Assembly (NCBI RefSeq): GCF_009914755.1
Contig: NC_060941.1
Source of the DNA: the human T2T-CHM13v2.0 reference genome, Homo sapiens
Reading direction: 5' to 3' (one strand)
Length of the DNA: 64,000 nt
Made by a program: the position numbers and the translations under genes. Positions 38,201-51,800 of the stretch are shown piece after piece (within the stretch, counting starts at the first letter, position 1; the number at the start of each line of letters is the position of its first letter). The notes under the pieces were generated by a model. It saw nothing but the letters and a program-made list of their open reading frames with translations. It was not told where the DNA came from and did no database searches.

Positions 38201-41200
38201 AGAAGCATTCTCAGAACCCTCTTCGTGATGTTTGCATTCAACTCACAGTGCTGAACCTTTCTTTGATAGTTCAGCTTTGAAACACTCTTTTTGTAGAAAC
38301 TGCAAGTGGATATTTGGTCCTCTCTGAGCATTTCGTTGGAAACGGGATAAACTGCACAGAACTAAACAGAAGCATTCTCAGAACCTTCTTCGTGATGTCT
38401 GCATTCAACTCACAGTGTGGAACCTTTCTTTGATAGTTCAGGTTTGAAACACTCTTTTTGTAGAAACTGCAAGGGGATAATTGCACTCTTTGAGGAGTAC
38501 CGTAGTAAAGGAAATAACTTCCTATAAAAAGAAGACAGAAGCTTTCTCAGAAAATTCTTTGGGATGATTGAGTTGAACTCACAGAGCTGAGCATTCCTTG
38601 CGATGTAGCAGTTTAGAAACACACTTTCTGCAGAATCTGCAAGTGCATATTTGGACCTCTGTGAGGAATTCGTTGGAAACGGGATAATTTCAGCTGACTA
38701 AACAGAAGCAGTCTCAGAATCTTCTTTGTGATGTTTGCATTCAAATCCCCGAGTTGAACTTTCCTTTCAAAGTTCACGTTTGAAACACTCATTTTGCAGG
38801 ATCTACAAGTGGATATTTGGACCACTCTGTGTCCTTCGTTCGAAACGGGTATATCTTCACATGACATCTAGACAGAAGCATCCTCAGAAGCTTCTCTGTG
38901 ATGACTGCATTCAACTCACAGAGTTGAACACTCCTTTTGAGAGCGCAGTTTTGAAACTCTCTTTCTGTGGCATCTGCAAGGGGACATGTAGACCTCTTTG
39001 AAGATTTCGTTGGAAACGGAATCATCTTCACATAAAAACTATACAGATGCATTCTCAGGAACTTTTTGGTGATGTTTGTATTCAACTCCCAGAGTTGAAC
39101 TTTCCTTTGGAAAGAGCAGCTATGAAACACTCTTTTTCTAGAATCTGCAAGTGGACGTTTGGAGGGCTTTGTGGTTTGTGGTGGAAAAGGAAATATCTTC
39201 ACCTAAATACTAGATAGAAGCATTCTCAGAAACTGCTTTGTGATGATTGCATTCACCTCACAGAGTTGAACATTCCTATTGATAGAGCAGTTTGGAAACA
39301 CTCTTGTTGTGGAATGTGCAAGTGGAGATTTGGAGCGCTTTGAGGCCTATGGTAGTAAAGGGAATAGCTTCATAGAAAAACTAGACAGAAGCATTCTCAG
39401 AAAATACTTTGTGATGATTGAGTTTAACTCACAGAGCTGAACATTCCTTTGGATGGAGCAGGTTTGAGACACACCTTTTGTAGAATCTACAAGTGGATAT
39501 TTGGACCTCTCTGAGGATTTCGTTGGAAACGGGATAACTGCACCTAACTAAACGGAAGCATTCTCAGAAACTTCTTGGTGATGTTTGCATTCAAATCCCA
39601 GAGTTGAACCTTCCTTTGATAGTTCAGGTTTGAAACACTCTTTTTGTAGGATCTGCAAGTGGATATTTGGACCACTCTGTGGCCTTCGTTCGAAACGGGT
39701 ACATCTTCGCATAAAATCTAGACAGAAGCCTTCTCAGAAACTTCTCTGTGATGATTGCATTCAACTCACAGAGTTGAACCCTCCTATGGATAGAGCAGTG
39801 TTGAAACTCTCTTTTTGTGGAATCTGCAAGTGGATATGTGGACCTCTCCGAAGATGTCTTTGGAAACGGGAATATCTTCACATAAAAACTAAACAGAAGC
39901 ATTCTCAGAAACTTCTCTGTGATGTTTGTGTTCAACTCCCAGAGTTTCACATTGCTTTTCATAGAGTAGTTCTGAAACATGCTTTTCGTAGTGTCTACAA
40001 GTGGACATTTGGAGCGCTTTCAGGCCTGTGGTGGAAAACGAATTATGGTCACATAAAAACTGGAGAGAAGCATTGTCAGAAACTTCTTTGTGATGATTGC
40101 ATTCAACTCACAGAGTTGAAGGTTCCTTTTCAAAGAGCAGTTTCCAATCACTCTTTGTGTGGAATCTGCAAGTGGATATTTGGACCTATTTTGAAGATTT
40201 CGTTGGAAACGGGAGAATCTTCACAGGAAAGCTAAACAGAAGCATTCTCAGAAACTTCTTTGTGATGCTTGCATTCAACTCACAGAGTTGAACTTTCCTT
40301 TCGAGAGAGAAGCTTTGAAACACTCTTTTTCCAGAATCTGCAAGTGGACATTTGGAGGGCTTTGAGGCCTGTGGTGGAAAAGGAATTATCTTCCCGTAAA
40401 AGCTAGATAGAAGCATTCTCAGAAACTACTTTGTGATGATTGCATTCAAGTCACAGAGTTGAACATTCCCTTTGACAGAGCAGTTTGGAAACTCTCTTTG
40501 TGTAGAATCTGCAAGTGGAGATATGGACCGCTTTGAGGCCTATGGTAGTAAAGGAAATAGCTTCATATAAAAGCTAGACAGTAGCATTCACAGAAAACTC
40601 TTGGTGACGACTGAGTTTAACTCACAGAGCTGAACATTCCTTTGGATGGAGCAGTTTCGAAACACACTATTTGTAGAATGTGCAAGTGGATATTTAGGCC
40701 TCTCTGAGGATTTCGTTGGAAACGGGATAAACCGCACAGAACTAAACAGAAGCATTCTCAGAACCTTCTTCGTGATGTTTGCATTCAACTCACAGTGTTG
40801 AACCTTTCTTTGATAGTTCAGGTTTGAAACGGTCTTTCTGTAGAAACTGCAAGTAGATATTTGGACCTCTCTGAGGATTTCGTTGGAAACGGGATAACCC
40901 GCACAGAACTAAAACAGAAGCATTCTCAGAACCCTCTTCGTGATGTTTGCATTCAACTCACAGTGCTGAACCTTTCTTTGATAGTTCAGCTTTGAAACAC
41001 TCTTTTTGTAGAAACTGCAAGTGGATATTTGGTCCTCTCTGAGGAATTCGTTGGAAACGGGATAAACTGCACAGAACTAAACAGAAGCATTCTCAGAACC
41101 TTCTTCGTGATGTCTGCATTCAACTCACAGTGTGGAACCTTTCTTTGATAGTTCAGGTTTGAAACACTCTTTTTGTAGAAACTGCAAGGGGATAATTGCA

Positions 41201-43442
41201 CTCTTTGAGGAGTACCGTAGTAAAGGAAATAACTTCCTATAAAAAGAAGACAGAAGCTTTCTCAGAAAATTCTTTGGGATGATTGAGTTGAACTCACAGA
41301 GCTGAGCATTCCTTGCGATGTAGCAGTTTAGAAACACACTTTCTGCAGAATCTGCAAGTGCATATTTGGACCTCTGTGAGGAATTCGTTGGAAACGGGAT
41401 AATTTCAGCTGACTAAACAGAAGCAGTCTCAGAATCTTCTTTGTGATGTTTGCATTCAAATCCCCGAGTTGAACTTTCCTTTCAAAGTTCACGTTTGAAA
41501 CACTCTTTTTGCAGGATCTACAAGTGGATATTTGGACCACTCTGTGTCCTTCGTTCGAAACGGGTATATCTTCACATGACATCTAGACAGAAGCATCCTC
41601 AGAAGCTTCTCTGTGATGACTGCATTCAACTCACAGAGTTGAACACTCCTTTTGAGAGCGCAGTTTTGAAACTCTCTTTCTGTGGCATCTGCAAGGGGAC
41701 ATGTAGACCTCTTTGAAGATTTCGTTGGAAACGGAATCATCTTCACATAAAAACTATACAGATGCATTCTCAGGAACTTTTTGGTGATGTTTGTATTCAA
41801 CTCCCAGAGTTGAACTTTCCTTTGGAAAGAGCAGCTATGAAACACTCTTTTTCTAGAATCTGCAAGTGGACGTTTGGAGGGCTTTGTGGTTTGTGGTGGA
41901 AAAGGAAATATCTTCACCTAAATACTAGATAGAAGCATTCTCAGAAACTGCTTTGTGATGATTGCATTCACCTCACAGAGTTGAACATTCCTATTGATAG
42001 AGCAGTTTGGAAACACTCTTGTTGTGGAATGTGCAAGTGGAGATTTGGAGCGCTTTGAGGCCTATGGTAGTAAAGGGAATAGCTTCATAGAAAAACTAGA
42101 CAGAAGCATTCTCAGAAAATACTTTGTGATGATTGAGTTTAACTCACAGAGCTGAACATTCCTTTGGATGGAGCAGGTTTGAGACACACCCTTTGTAGAA
42201 TCTACAAGTGGATATTTGGACCTCTCTGAGGATTTCGTTGGAAACGGGATAACTGCACCTAACTAAACGGAAGCATTCTCAGAAACTTCTTGGTGATGTT
42301 TGCATTCAAATCCCAGAGTTGAACCTTCCTTTGATAGTTCAGGTTTGAAACACTCTTTTTGTAGGATCTGCAAGTGGATATTTGGACCACTCTGTGGCCT
42401 TCGTTCGAAACGGGTACATCTTCGCATAAAATCTAGACAGAAGCCTTCTCAGAAACTTCTCTGTGATGATTGCATTCAACTCACAGAGTTGAACCCTCCT
42501 ATGGATAGAGCAGTGTTGAAACTCTCTTTTTGTGGAATCTGCAAGTGGATATGTGGACCTCTCCGAAGATGTCTTTGGAAACGGGAATATCTTCACATAA
42601 AAACTAAACAGAAGCATTCTCAGAAACTTCTCTGTGATGTTTGTGTTCAACTCCCAGAGTTTCACATTGCTTTTCATAGAGTAGTTCTGAAACATGCTTT
42701 TCGTAGTGTCTACAAGTGGACATTTGGAGCGCTTTCAGGCCTGTGGTGGAAAACGAATTATGGTCACATAAAAACTGGAGAGAAGCATTGTCAGAAACTT
42801 CTTTGTGATGATTGCATTCAACTCACAGAGTTGAAGGTTCCTTTTCAAAGAGCAGTTTCCAATCACTCTTTCTGTGGAATCTGCAAGTGGATATTTGGAC
42901 CTATTTTGAAGATTTCGTTGGAAACGGGAGAATCTTCACAGGAAAGCTAAACAGAAGCATTCTCAGAAACTTCTTTGTGATGCTTGCATTCAACTCACAG
43001 AGTTGAACTTTCCTTTCGAGAGAGAAGCTTTGAAACACTCTTTTTCCAGAATCTGCAAGTGGACATTTGGAGGGCTTTGAGGCCTGTGGTGGAAAAGGAA
43101 TTATCTTCCCGTAAAAGCTAGATAGAAGCATTCTCAGAAACTACTTTGTGATGATTGCATTCAAGTCACAGAGTTGAACATTCCCTTTGACAGAGCAGTT
43201 TGGAAACTCTCTTTGTGTAGAATCTGCAAGTGGAGATATGGACCGCTTTGAGGCCTATGGTAGTAAAGGAAATAGCTTCATATAAAAGCTAGACAGTAGC
43301 ATTCACAGAAAACTCTTGGTGACGACTGAGTTTAACTCACAGAGCTGAACATTCCTTTGGATGGAGCAGTTTCGAAACACACTATTTGTAGAATGTGCAA
43401 GTGGATATTTAGGCCTCTCTGAGGATTTCGTTGGAAACGGGA

Positions 43443-46158
43443 TAAACCGCACAGAACTAAACAGAAGCATTCTCAGAACCTTCTTCGTGATGTTTGCATT
43501 CAACTCACAGTGTTGAACCTTTCTTTGATAGTTCAGGTTTGAAACGGTCTTTCTGTAGAAACTGCAAGTAGATATTTGGACCTCTCTGAGGATTTCGTTG
43601 GAAACGGGATAACCCGCACAGAACTAAAACAGAAGCATTCTCAGAACCCTCTTCGTGATGTTTGCATTCAACTCACAGTGCTGAACCTTTCTTTGATAGT
43701 TCAGCTTTGAAACACTCTTTTTGTAGAAACTGCAAGTGGATATTTGGTCCTCTCTGAGGATTTCGTTGGAAACGGGATAAACTGCACAGAACTAAACAGA
43801 AGCATTCTCAGAACCTTCTTCGTGATGTCTGCATTCAACTCACAGTGTGGAACCTTTCTTTGATAGTTCAGGTTTGAAACACTCTTTTTGTAGAAACTGC
43901 AAGGGGATAATTGCACTCTTTGAGGAGTACCGTAGTAAAGGAAATAACTTCCTATAAAAAGAAGACAGAAGCTTTCTCAGAAAATTCTTTGGGATGATTG
44001 AGTTGAACTCACAGAGCTGAGCATTCCTTGCGATGTAGCAGTTTAGAAACACACTTTCTGCAGAATCTGCAAGTGCATATTTGGACCTCTGTGAGGAATT
44101 CGTTGGAAACGGGATAATTTCAGCTGACTAAACAGAAGCAGTCTCAGAATCTTCTTTGTGATGTTTGCATTCAAATCCCCGAGTTGAACTTTCCTTTCAA
44201 AGTTCACGTTTGAAACACTCTTTTTGCAGGATCTACAAGTGGATATTTGGACCACTCTGTGTCCTTCGTTCGAAACGGGTATATCTTCACATGACATCTA
44301 GACAGAAGCATCCTCAGAAGCTTCTCTGTGATGACTGCATTCAACTCACGGAGTTGAACACTCCTTTTGAGAGCGCAGTTTTGAAACTCTCTTTCTGTGG
44401 CATCTGCAAGGGGACATGTAGACCTCTTTGAAGATTTCGTTGGAAACGGAATCATCTTCACATAAAAACTATACAGATGCATTCTCAGGAACTTTTTGGT
44501 GATGTTTGTATTCAACTCCCAGAGTTGAACTTTCCTTTGGAAAGAGCAGCTATGAAACACTGTTTTTCTAGAATCTGCAAGTGGACGTTTGGAGGGCTTT
44601 GTGGTTTGTGGTGGAAAAGGAAATATCTTCACCTAAATACTAGATAGAAGCATTCTCAGAAACTGCTTTGTGATGATTGCATTCACCTCACAGAGTTGAA
44701 CATTCCTATTGATAGAGCAGTTTGGAAACACTCTTGTTGTGGAATGTGCAAGTGGAGATTTGGAGCGCTTTGAGGCCTATGGTAGTAAAGGGAATAGCTT
44801 CATAGAAAAACTAGACAGAAGCATTCTCAGAAAATACTTTGTGATGATTGAGTTTAACTCACAGAGCTGAACATTCCTTTGGATGGAGCAGGTTTGAGAC
44901 ACACCTTTTGTAGAATCTACAAGGGGATATTTGGACCTCTCCTGAGGATTTCGTTGGAAACGGGATAACTGCACCTAACTAAACGGAAGCATTCTCAGAA
45001 ACTTCTTGGTGATGTTTGCATTCAAATCCCAGAGTTGAACCTTCCTTTGATAGTTCAGGTTTGAAACACTCTTTTTGTAGGATCTGCAAGTGGATATTTG
45101 GACCACTCTGTGGCCTTCGTTCGAAACGGGTATATCTTCGCATAAAATCTAGACAGAAGCCTTCTCAGAAACTTCTCTGTGATGATTGCATTCAACTCAC
45201 AGAGTTGAACCCTCCTATGGATAGAGCAGTGTTGAAACTCTCTTTTTGTGGAATCTGCAAGTGGATATGTGGACCTCTCCGAAGATGTCTTTGGAAACGG
45301 GAATATCTTCACATAAAAACTTAACAGAAGCATTCTCAGAAACTTCTCTGTGATGTTTGTGTTCAACTCCCAGAGTTTCACATTGCTTTTCATAGAGTAG
45401 TTCTGAAACATGCTTTTCGTAGTGTCTACAAGTGGACATTTGGAGCGCTTTCAGGCCTGTGGTGGAAAACGAATTATGGTCACATAAAAACTGGAGAGAA
45501 GCATTGTCAGAAACTTCTTTGTGATGATTGCATTCAACTCACAGAGTTGAAGGTTCCTTTTCAAAGAGCAGTTTCCAATCACTCTTTGTGTGGAATCTGC
45601 AAGTGGATATTTGGACCTATTTTGAAGATTTCGTTGGAAACGGGAGAATCTTCACAGGAAAGCTAAACAGAAGCATTCTCAGAAACTTCTTTGTGATGCT
45701 TGCATTCAACTCACAGAGTTGAACTTTCCTTTCGAGAGAGAAGCTTTGAAACACTCTTTTTCCAGAATCTGCAAGTGGACATTTGGAGGGCTTTGAGGCC
45801 TGTGGTGGAAAAGGAATTATCTTCCCGTAAAAGCTAGATAGAAGCATTCTCAGAAACTACTTTGTGATGATTGCATTCAAGTCACAGAGTTGAACATTCC
45901 CTTTGACAGAGCAGTTTGGAAACTCTCTTTGTGTAGAATCTGCAAGTGGAGATATGGACCGCTTTGAGGCCTATGGTAGTAAAGGAAATAGCTTCATATA
46001 AAAGCTAGACAGTAGCATTCACAGAAAACTCTTGGTGACGACTGAGTTTAACTCACAGAGCTGAACATTCCTTTGGATGGAGCAGTTTCGAAACACACTA
46101 TTTGTAGAATGTGCAAGTGGATATTTAGGCCTCTCTGAGGATTTCGTTGGAAACGGGA
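43443..46158. repeat. HOR unit 17, 2716-bp variant (+C at about 44942)
   Basis: Same +C insertion. Confidence 0.93.
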
Positions 46159-48873
46159 TAAACCGCACAGAACTAAACAGAAGCATTCTCAGAACCTTCT
46201 TCGTGATGTTTGCATTCAACTCACAGTGTTGAACCTTTCTTTGATAGTTCAGGTTTGAAACGGTCTTTCTGTAGAAACTGCAAGTAGATATTTGGACCTC
46301 TCTGAGGATTTCGTTGGAAACGGGATAACCCGCACAGAACTAAAACAGAAGCATTCTCAGAACCCTCTTCGTGATGTTTGCATTCAACTCACAGTGCTGA
46401 ACCTTTCTTTGATAGTTCAGCTTTGAAACACTCTTTTTGTAGAAACTGCAAGTGGATATTTGGTCCTCTCTGAGGATTTCGTTGGAAACGGGATAAACTG
46501 CACAGAACTAAACAGAAGCATTCTCAGAACCTTCTTCGTGATGTCTGCATTCAACTCACAGTGTGGAACCTTTCTTTGATAGTTCAGGTTTGAAACACTC
46601 TTTTTGTAGAAACTGCAAGGGGATAATTGCACTCTTTGAGGAGTACCGTAGTAAAGGAAATAACTTCCTATAAAAAGAAGACAGAAGCTTTCTCAGAAAA
46701 TTCTTTGGGATGATTGAGTTGAACTCACAGAGCTGAGCATTCCTTGCGATGTAGCAGTTTAGAAACACACTTTCTGCAGAATCTGCAAGTGCATATTTGG
46801 ACCTCTGTGAGGAATTCGTTGGAAACGGGATAATTTCAGCTGACTAAACAGAAGCAGTCTCAGAATCTTCTTTGTGATGTTTGCATTCAAATCCCCGAGT
46901 TGAACTTTCCTTTCAAAGTTCACGTTTGAAACACTCTTTTTGCAGGATCTACAAGTGGATATTTGGACCACTCTGTGTCCTTCGTTCGAAACGGGTATAT
47001 CTTCACATGACATCTAGACAGAAGCATCCTCAGAAGCTTCTCTGTGATGACTGCATTCAACTCACGGAGTTGAACACTCCTTTTGAGAGCGCAGTTTTGA
47101 AACTCTCTTTCTGTGGCATCTGCAAGGGGACATGTAGACCTCTTTGAAGATTTCGTTGGAAACGGAATCATCTTCACATAAAAACTATACAGATGCATTC
47201 TCAGGAACTTTTTGGTGATGTTTGTATTCAACTCCCAGAGTTGAACTTTCCTTTGGAAAGAGCAGCTATGAAACACTCTTTTTCTAGAATCTGCAAGTGG
47301 ACGTTTGGAGGGCTTTGTGGTTTGTGGTGGAAAAGGAAATATCTTCACCTAAATACTAGATAGAAGCATTCTCAGAAACTGCTTTGTGATGATTGCATTC
47401 ACCTCACAGAGTTGAACATTCCTATTGATAGAGCAGTTTGGAAACACTCTTGTTGTGGAATGTGCAAGTGGAGATTTGGAGCGCTTTGAGGCCTATGGTA
47501 GTAAAGGGAATAGCTTCATAGAAAAACTAGACAGAAGCATTCTCAGAAAATACTTTGTGATGATTGAGTTTAACTCACAGAGCTGAACATTCCTTTGGAT
47601 GGAGCAGGTTTGAGACACACCTTTTGTAGAATCTACAAGTGGATATTTGGACCTCTCTGAGGATTTCGTTGGAAACGGGATAACTGCACCTAACTAAACG
47701 GAAGCATTCTCAGAAACTTCTTGGTGATGTTTGCATTCAAATCCCAGAGTTGAACCTTCCTTTGATAGTTCAGGTTTGAAACACTCTTTTTGTAGGATCT
47801 GCAAGTGGATATTTGGACCACTCTGTGGCCTTCGTTCGAAACGGGTATATCTTCGCATAAAATCTAGACAGAAGCCTTCTCAGAAACTTCTCTGTGATGA
47901 TTGCATTCAACTCACAGAGTTGAACCCTCCTATGGATAGAGCAGTGTTGAAACTCTCTTTTTGTGGAATCTGCAAGTGGATATGTGGACCTCTCCGAAGA
48001 TGTCTTTGGAAACGGGAATATCTTCACATAAAAACTAAACAGAAGCATTCTCAGAAACTTCTCTGTGATGTTTGTGTTCAACTCCCAGAGTTTCACATTG
48101 CTTTTCATAGAGTAGTTCTGAAACATGCTTTTCGTAGTGTCTACAAGTGGACATTTGGAGCGCTTTCAGGCCTGTGGTGGAAAACGAATTATGGTCACAT
48201 AAAAACTGGAGAGAAGCATTGTCAGAAACTTCTTTGTGATGATTGCATTCAACTCACAGAGTTGAAGGTTCCTTTTCAAAGAGCAGTTTCCAATCACTCT
48301 TTGTGTGGAATCTGCAAGTGGATATTTGGACCTATTTTGAAGATTTCGTTGGAAACGGGAGAATCTTCACAGGAAAGCTAAACAGAAGCATTCTCAGAAA
48401 CTTCTTTGTGATGCTTGCATTCAACTCACAGAGTTGAACTTTCCTTTCGAGAGAGAAGCTTTGAAACACTCTTTTTCCAGAATCTGCAAGTGGACATTTG
48501 GAGGGCTTTGAGGCCTGTGGTGGAAAAGGAATTATCTTCCCGTAAAAGCTAGATAGAAGCATTCTCAGAAACTACTTTGTGATGATTGCATTCAAGTCAC
48601 AGAGTTGAACATTCCCTTTGACAGAGCAGTTTGGAAACTCTCTTTGTGTAGAATCTGCAAGTGGAGATATGGACCGCTTTGAGGCCTATGGTAGTAAAGG
48701 AAATAGCTTCATATAAAAGCTAGACAGTAGCATTCACAGAAAACTCTTGGTGACGACTGAGTTTAACTCACAGAGCTGAACATTCCTTTGGATGGAGCAG
48801 TTTCGAAACACACTATTTGTAGAATGTGCAAGTGGATATTTAGGCCTCTCTGAGGATTTCGTTGGAAACGGGT

Positions 48874-51800
48874 TAAACCGCACAGAACTAAACAGAAGCA
48901 TTCTCAGAACCTTCTTCGTGATGTTTGCATTCAACTCACAGTGTTGAACCTTTCTTTGATAGTTCAGGTTTGAAACGGTCTTTCTGCAGAAACTGCAAGT
49001 AGATATTTGGACCTCTCTGAGGATTTCGTTGGAAACGGGATAACCCGCACAGAACTAAAACAGAAGCATTCTCAGAACCCTCTTCGTGATGTTTGCATTC
49101 AACTCACAGTGCTGAACCTTTCTTTGATAGTTCAGCTTTGAAACACTCTTTTTGTAGAAAGTGCAAGTGGATATTTGGTCCTCTCTGAGGATTTCGTTGG
49201 AAACGGGATAAACTGCACAGAACTAAACAGAAGCATTCTCAGAACCTTCTTCGTGATGTCTGCATTCAACTCACAGTGTGGAACCTTTCTTTGATAGTTC
49301 AGGTTTGAAACACTCTTTTTGTAGAAACTGCAAGGGGATAATTGCACTCTTTGAGGAGTACCGTAGTAAAGGAAATAACTTCCTATAAAAAGAAGACAGA
49401 AGCTTTCTCAGAAAATTCTTTGGGATGATTGAGTTGAACTCACAGAGCTGAGCATTCCTTGCGATGTAGCAGTTTAGAAACACACTTTCTGCAGAATCTG
49501 CAAGTGCATATTTGGACCTCTGTGAGGAATTCGTTGGAAACGGGATAATTTCAGCTGACTAAACAGAAGCAGTCTCAGAATCTTCTTTGTGATGTTTGCA
49601 TTCAAATCCCCGAGTTGAACTTTCCTTTCAAAGTTCACGTTTGAAACACTCTTTTTGCAGGTTCTACAAGTGGATATTTGGACCACTCTGTGTCCTTCGT
49701 TCGAAACGGGTATATCTTCACATGACATCTAGACAGAAGCATCCTCAGAAGCTTCTCTGTGATGACTGCATTCAACTCACGGAGTTGAACACTCCTTTTG
49801 AGAGCGCAGTTTTGAAACTCTCTTTCTGTGGCATCTGCAAGGGGACATGTAGACCTCTTTGAAGATTTCGTTGGAAACGGAATCATCTTCACATAAAAAC
49901 TATACAGATGCATTCTCAGGAACTTTTTGGTGATGTTTGTATTCAACTCCCAGAGTTGAACTTTCCTTTGGAAAGAGCAGCTATGAAACACTCTTTTTCT
50001 AGAATCTGCAAGTGGACGTTTGGAGGGCTTTGTGGTTTGTGGTGGAAAAGGAAATATCTTCACCTAAATACTAGATAGAAGCATTCTCAGAAACTGCTTT
50101 GTGATGATTGCATTCACCTCACAGAGTTGAACATTCCTATTGATAGAGCAGTTTGGAAACACTCTTGTTGTGGAATGTGCAAGTGGAGATTTGGAGCACT
50201 TTGAGGCCTATGGTAGTAAAGGGAATAGCTTCATAGAAAAACTAGACAGAAGCATTCTCAGAAAATACTTTGTGATGATTGAGTTTAACTCACAGAGCTG
50301 AACATTCCTTTGGATGGAGCAGGTTTGAGACACACCTTTTGTAGAATCTACAAGTGGATATTTGGACCTCTCCTGAGGATTTCGTTGGAAACGGGATAAC
50401 TGCACCTAACTAAACGGAAGCATTCTCAGAAACTTCTTGGTGATGTTTGCATTCAAATCCCAGAGTTGAACCTTCCTTTGATAGTTCAGGTTTGAAACAC
50501 TCTTTTTGTAGGATCTGCAAGTGGATATTTGGACCACTCTGTGGCCTTCGTTCGAAACGGGTATATCTTCGCATAAAATCTAGACAGAAGCCTTCTCAGA
50601 AACTTCTCTGTGATGATTGCATTCAACTCACAGAGTTGAACCCTCCTATGGATAGAGCAGTGTTGAAACTCTCTTTTTGTGGAATCTGCAAGTGGATATG
50701 TGGACCTCTCCGAAGATGTCTTTGGAAACGGGAATATCTTCACATAAAAACTAAACAGAAGCATTCTCAGAAACTTCTCTGTGATGTTTGTGTTCAACTC
50801 CCAGAGTTTCACATTGCTTTTCATAGAGTAGTTCTGAAACATGCTTTTCGTAGTGTCTACAAGTGGACATTTGGAGCGCTTTCAGGCCTGTGGTGGAAAA
50901 CGAATTATGGTCACATAAAAACTGGAGAGAAGCATTGTCAGAAACTTCTTTGTGATGATTGCATTCAACTCACAGAGTTGAAGGTTCCTTTTCAAAGAGC
51001 AGTTTCCAATCACTCTTTGTGTGGAATCTGCAAGTGGATATTTGGACCTATTTTGAAGATTTCGTTGGAAACGGGAGAATCTTCACAGGAAAGCTAAACA
51101 GAAGCATTCTCAGAAACTTCTTTGTGATGCTTGCATTCAACTCACAGAGTTGAACTTTCCTTTCGAGAGAGAAGCTTTGAAACACTCTTTTTCCAGAATC
51201 TGCAAGTGGACATTTGGAGGGCTTTGAGGCCTGTGGTGGAAAAGGAATTATCTTCCCGTAAAAGCTAGATAGAAGCATTCTCAGAAACTACTTTGTGATG
51301 ATTGCATTCAAGTCACAGAGTTGAACATTCCCTTTGACAGAGCAGTTTGGAAACTCTCTTTGTGTAGAATCTGCAAGTGGAGATATGGACCGCTTTGAGG
51401 CCTATGGTAGTAAAGGAAATAGCTTCATATAAAAGCTAGACAGTAGCATTCACAGAAAACTCTTGGTGACGACTGAGTTTAACTCACAGAGCTGAACATT
51501 CCTTTGGATGGAGCAGTTTCGAAACACACTATTTGTAGAATGTGCAAGTGGATATTTAGGCCTCTCTGAGGATTTCGTTGGAAACGGGTTAAACCGCACA
51601 GAACTAAACAGAAGCATTCTCAGAACCTTCTTCGTGATGTTTGCATTCAACTCACAGTGTTGAACCTTTCTTTGATAGTTCAGGTTTGAAACGGTCTTTC
51701 TGCAGAAACTGCAAGTAGATATTTGGACCTCTCTGAGGATTTCGTTGGAAACGGGATAACCCGCACAGAACTAAAACAGAAGCATTCTCAGAACCCTCTT

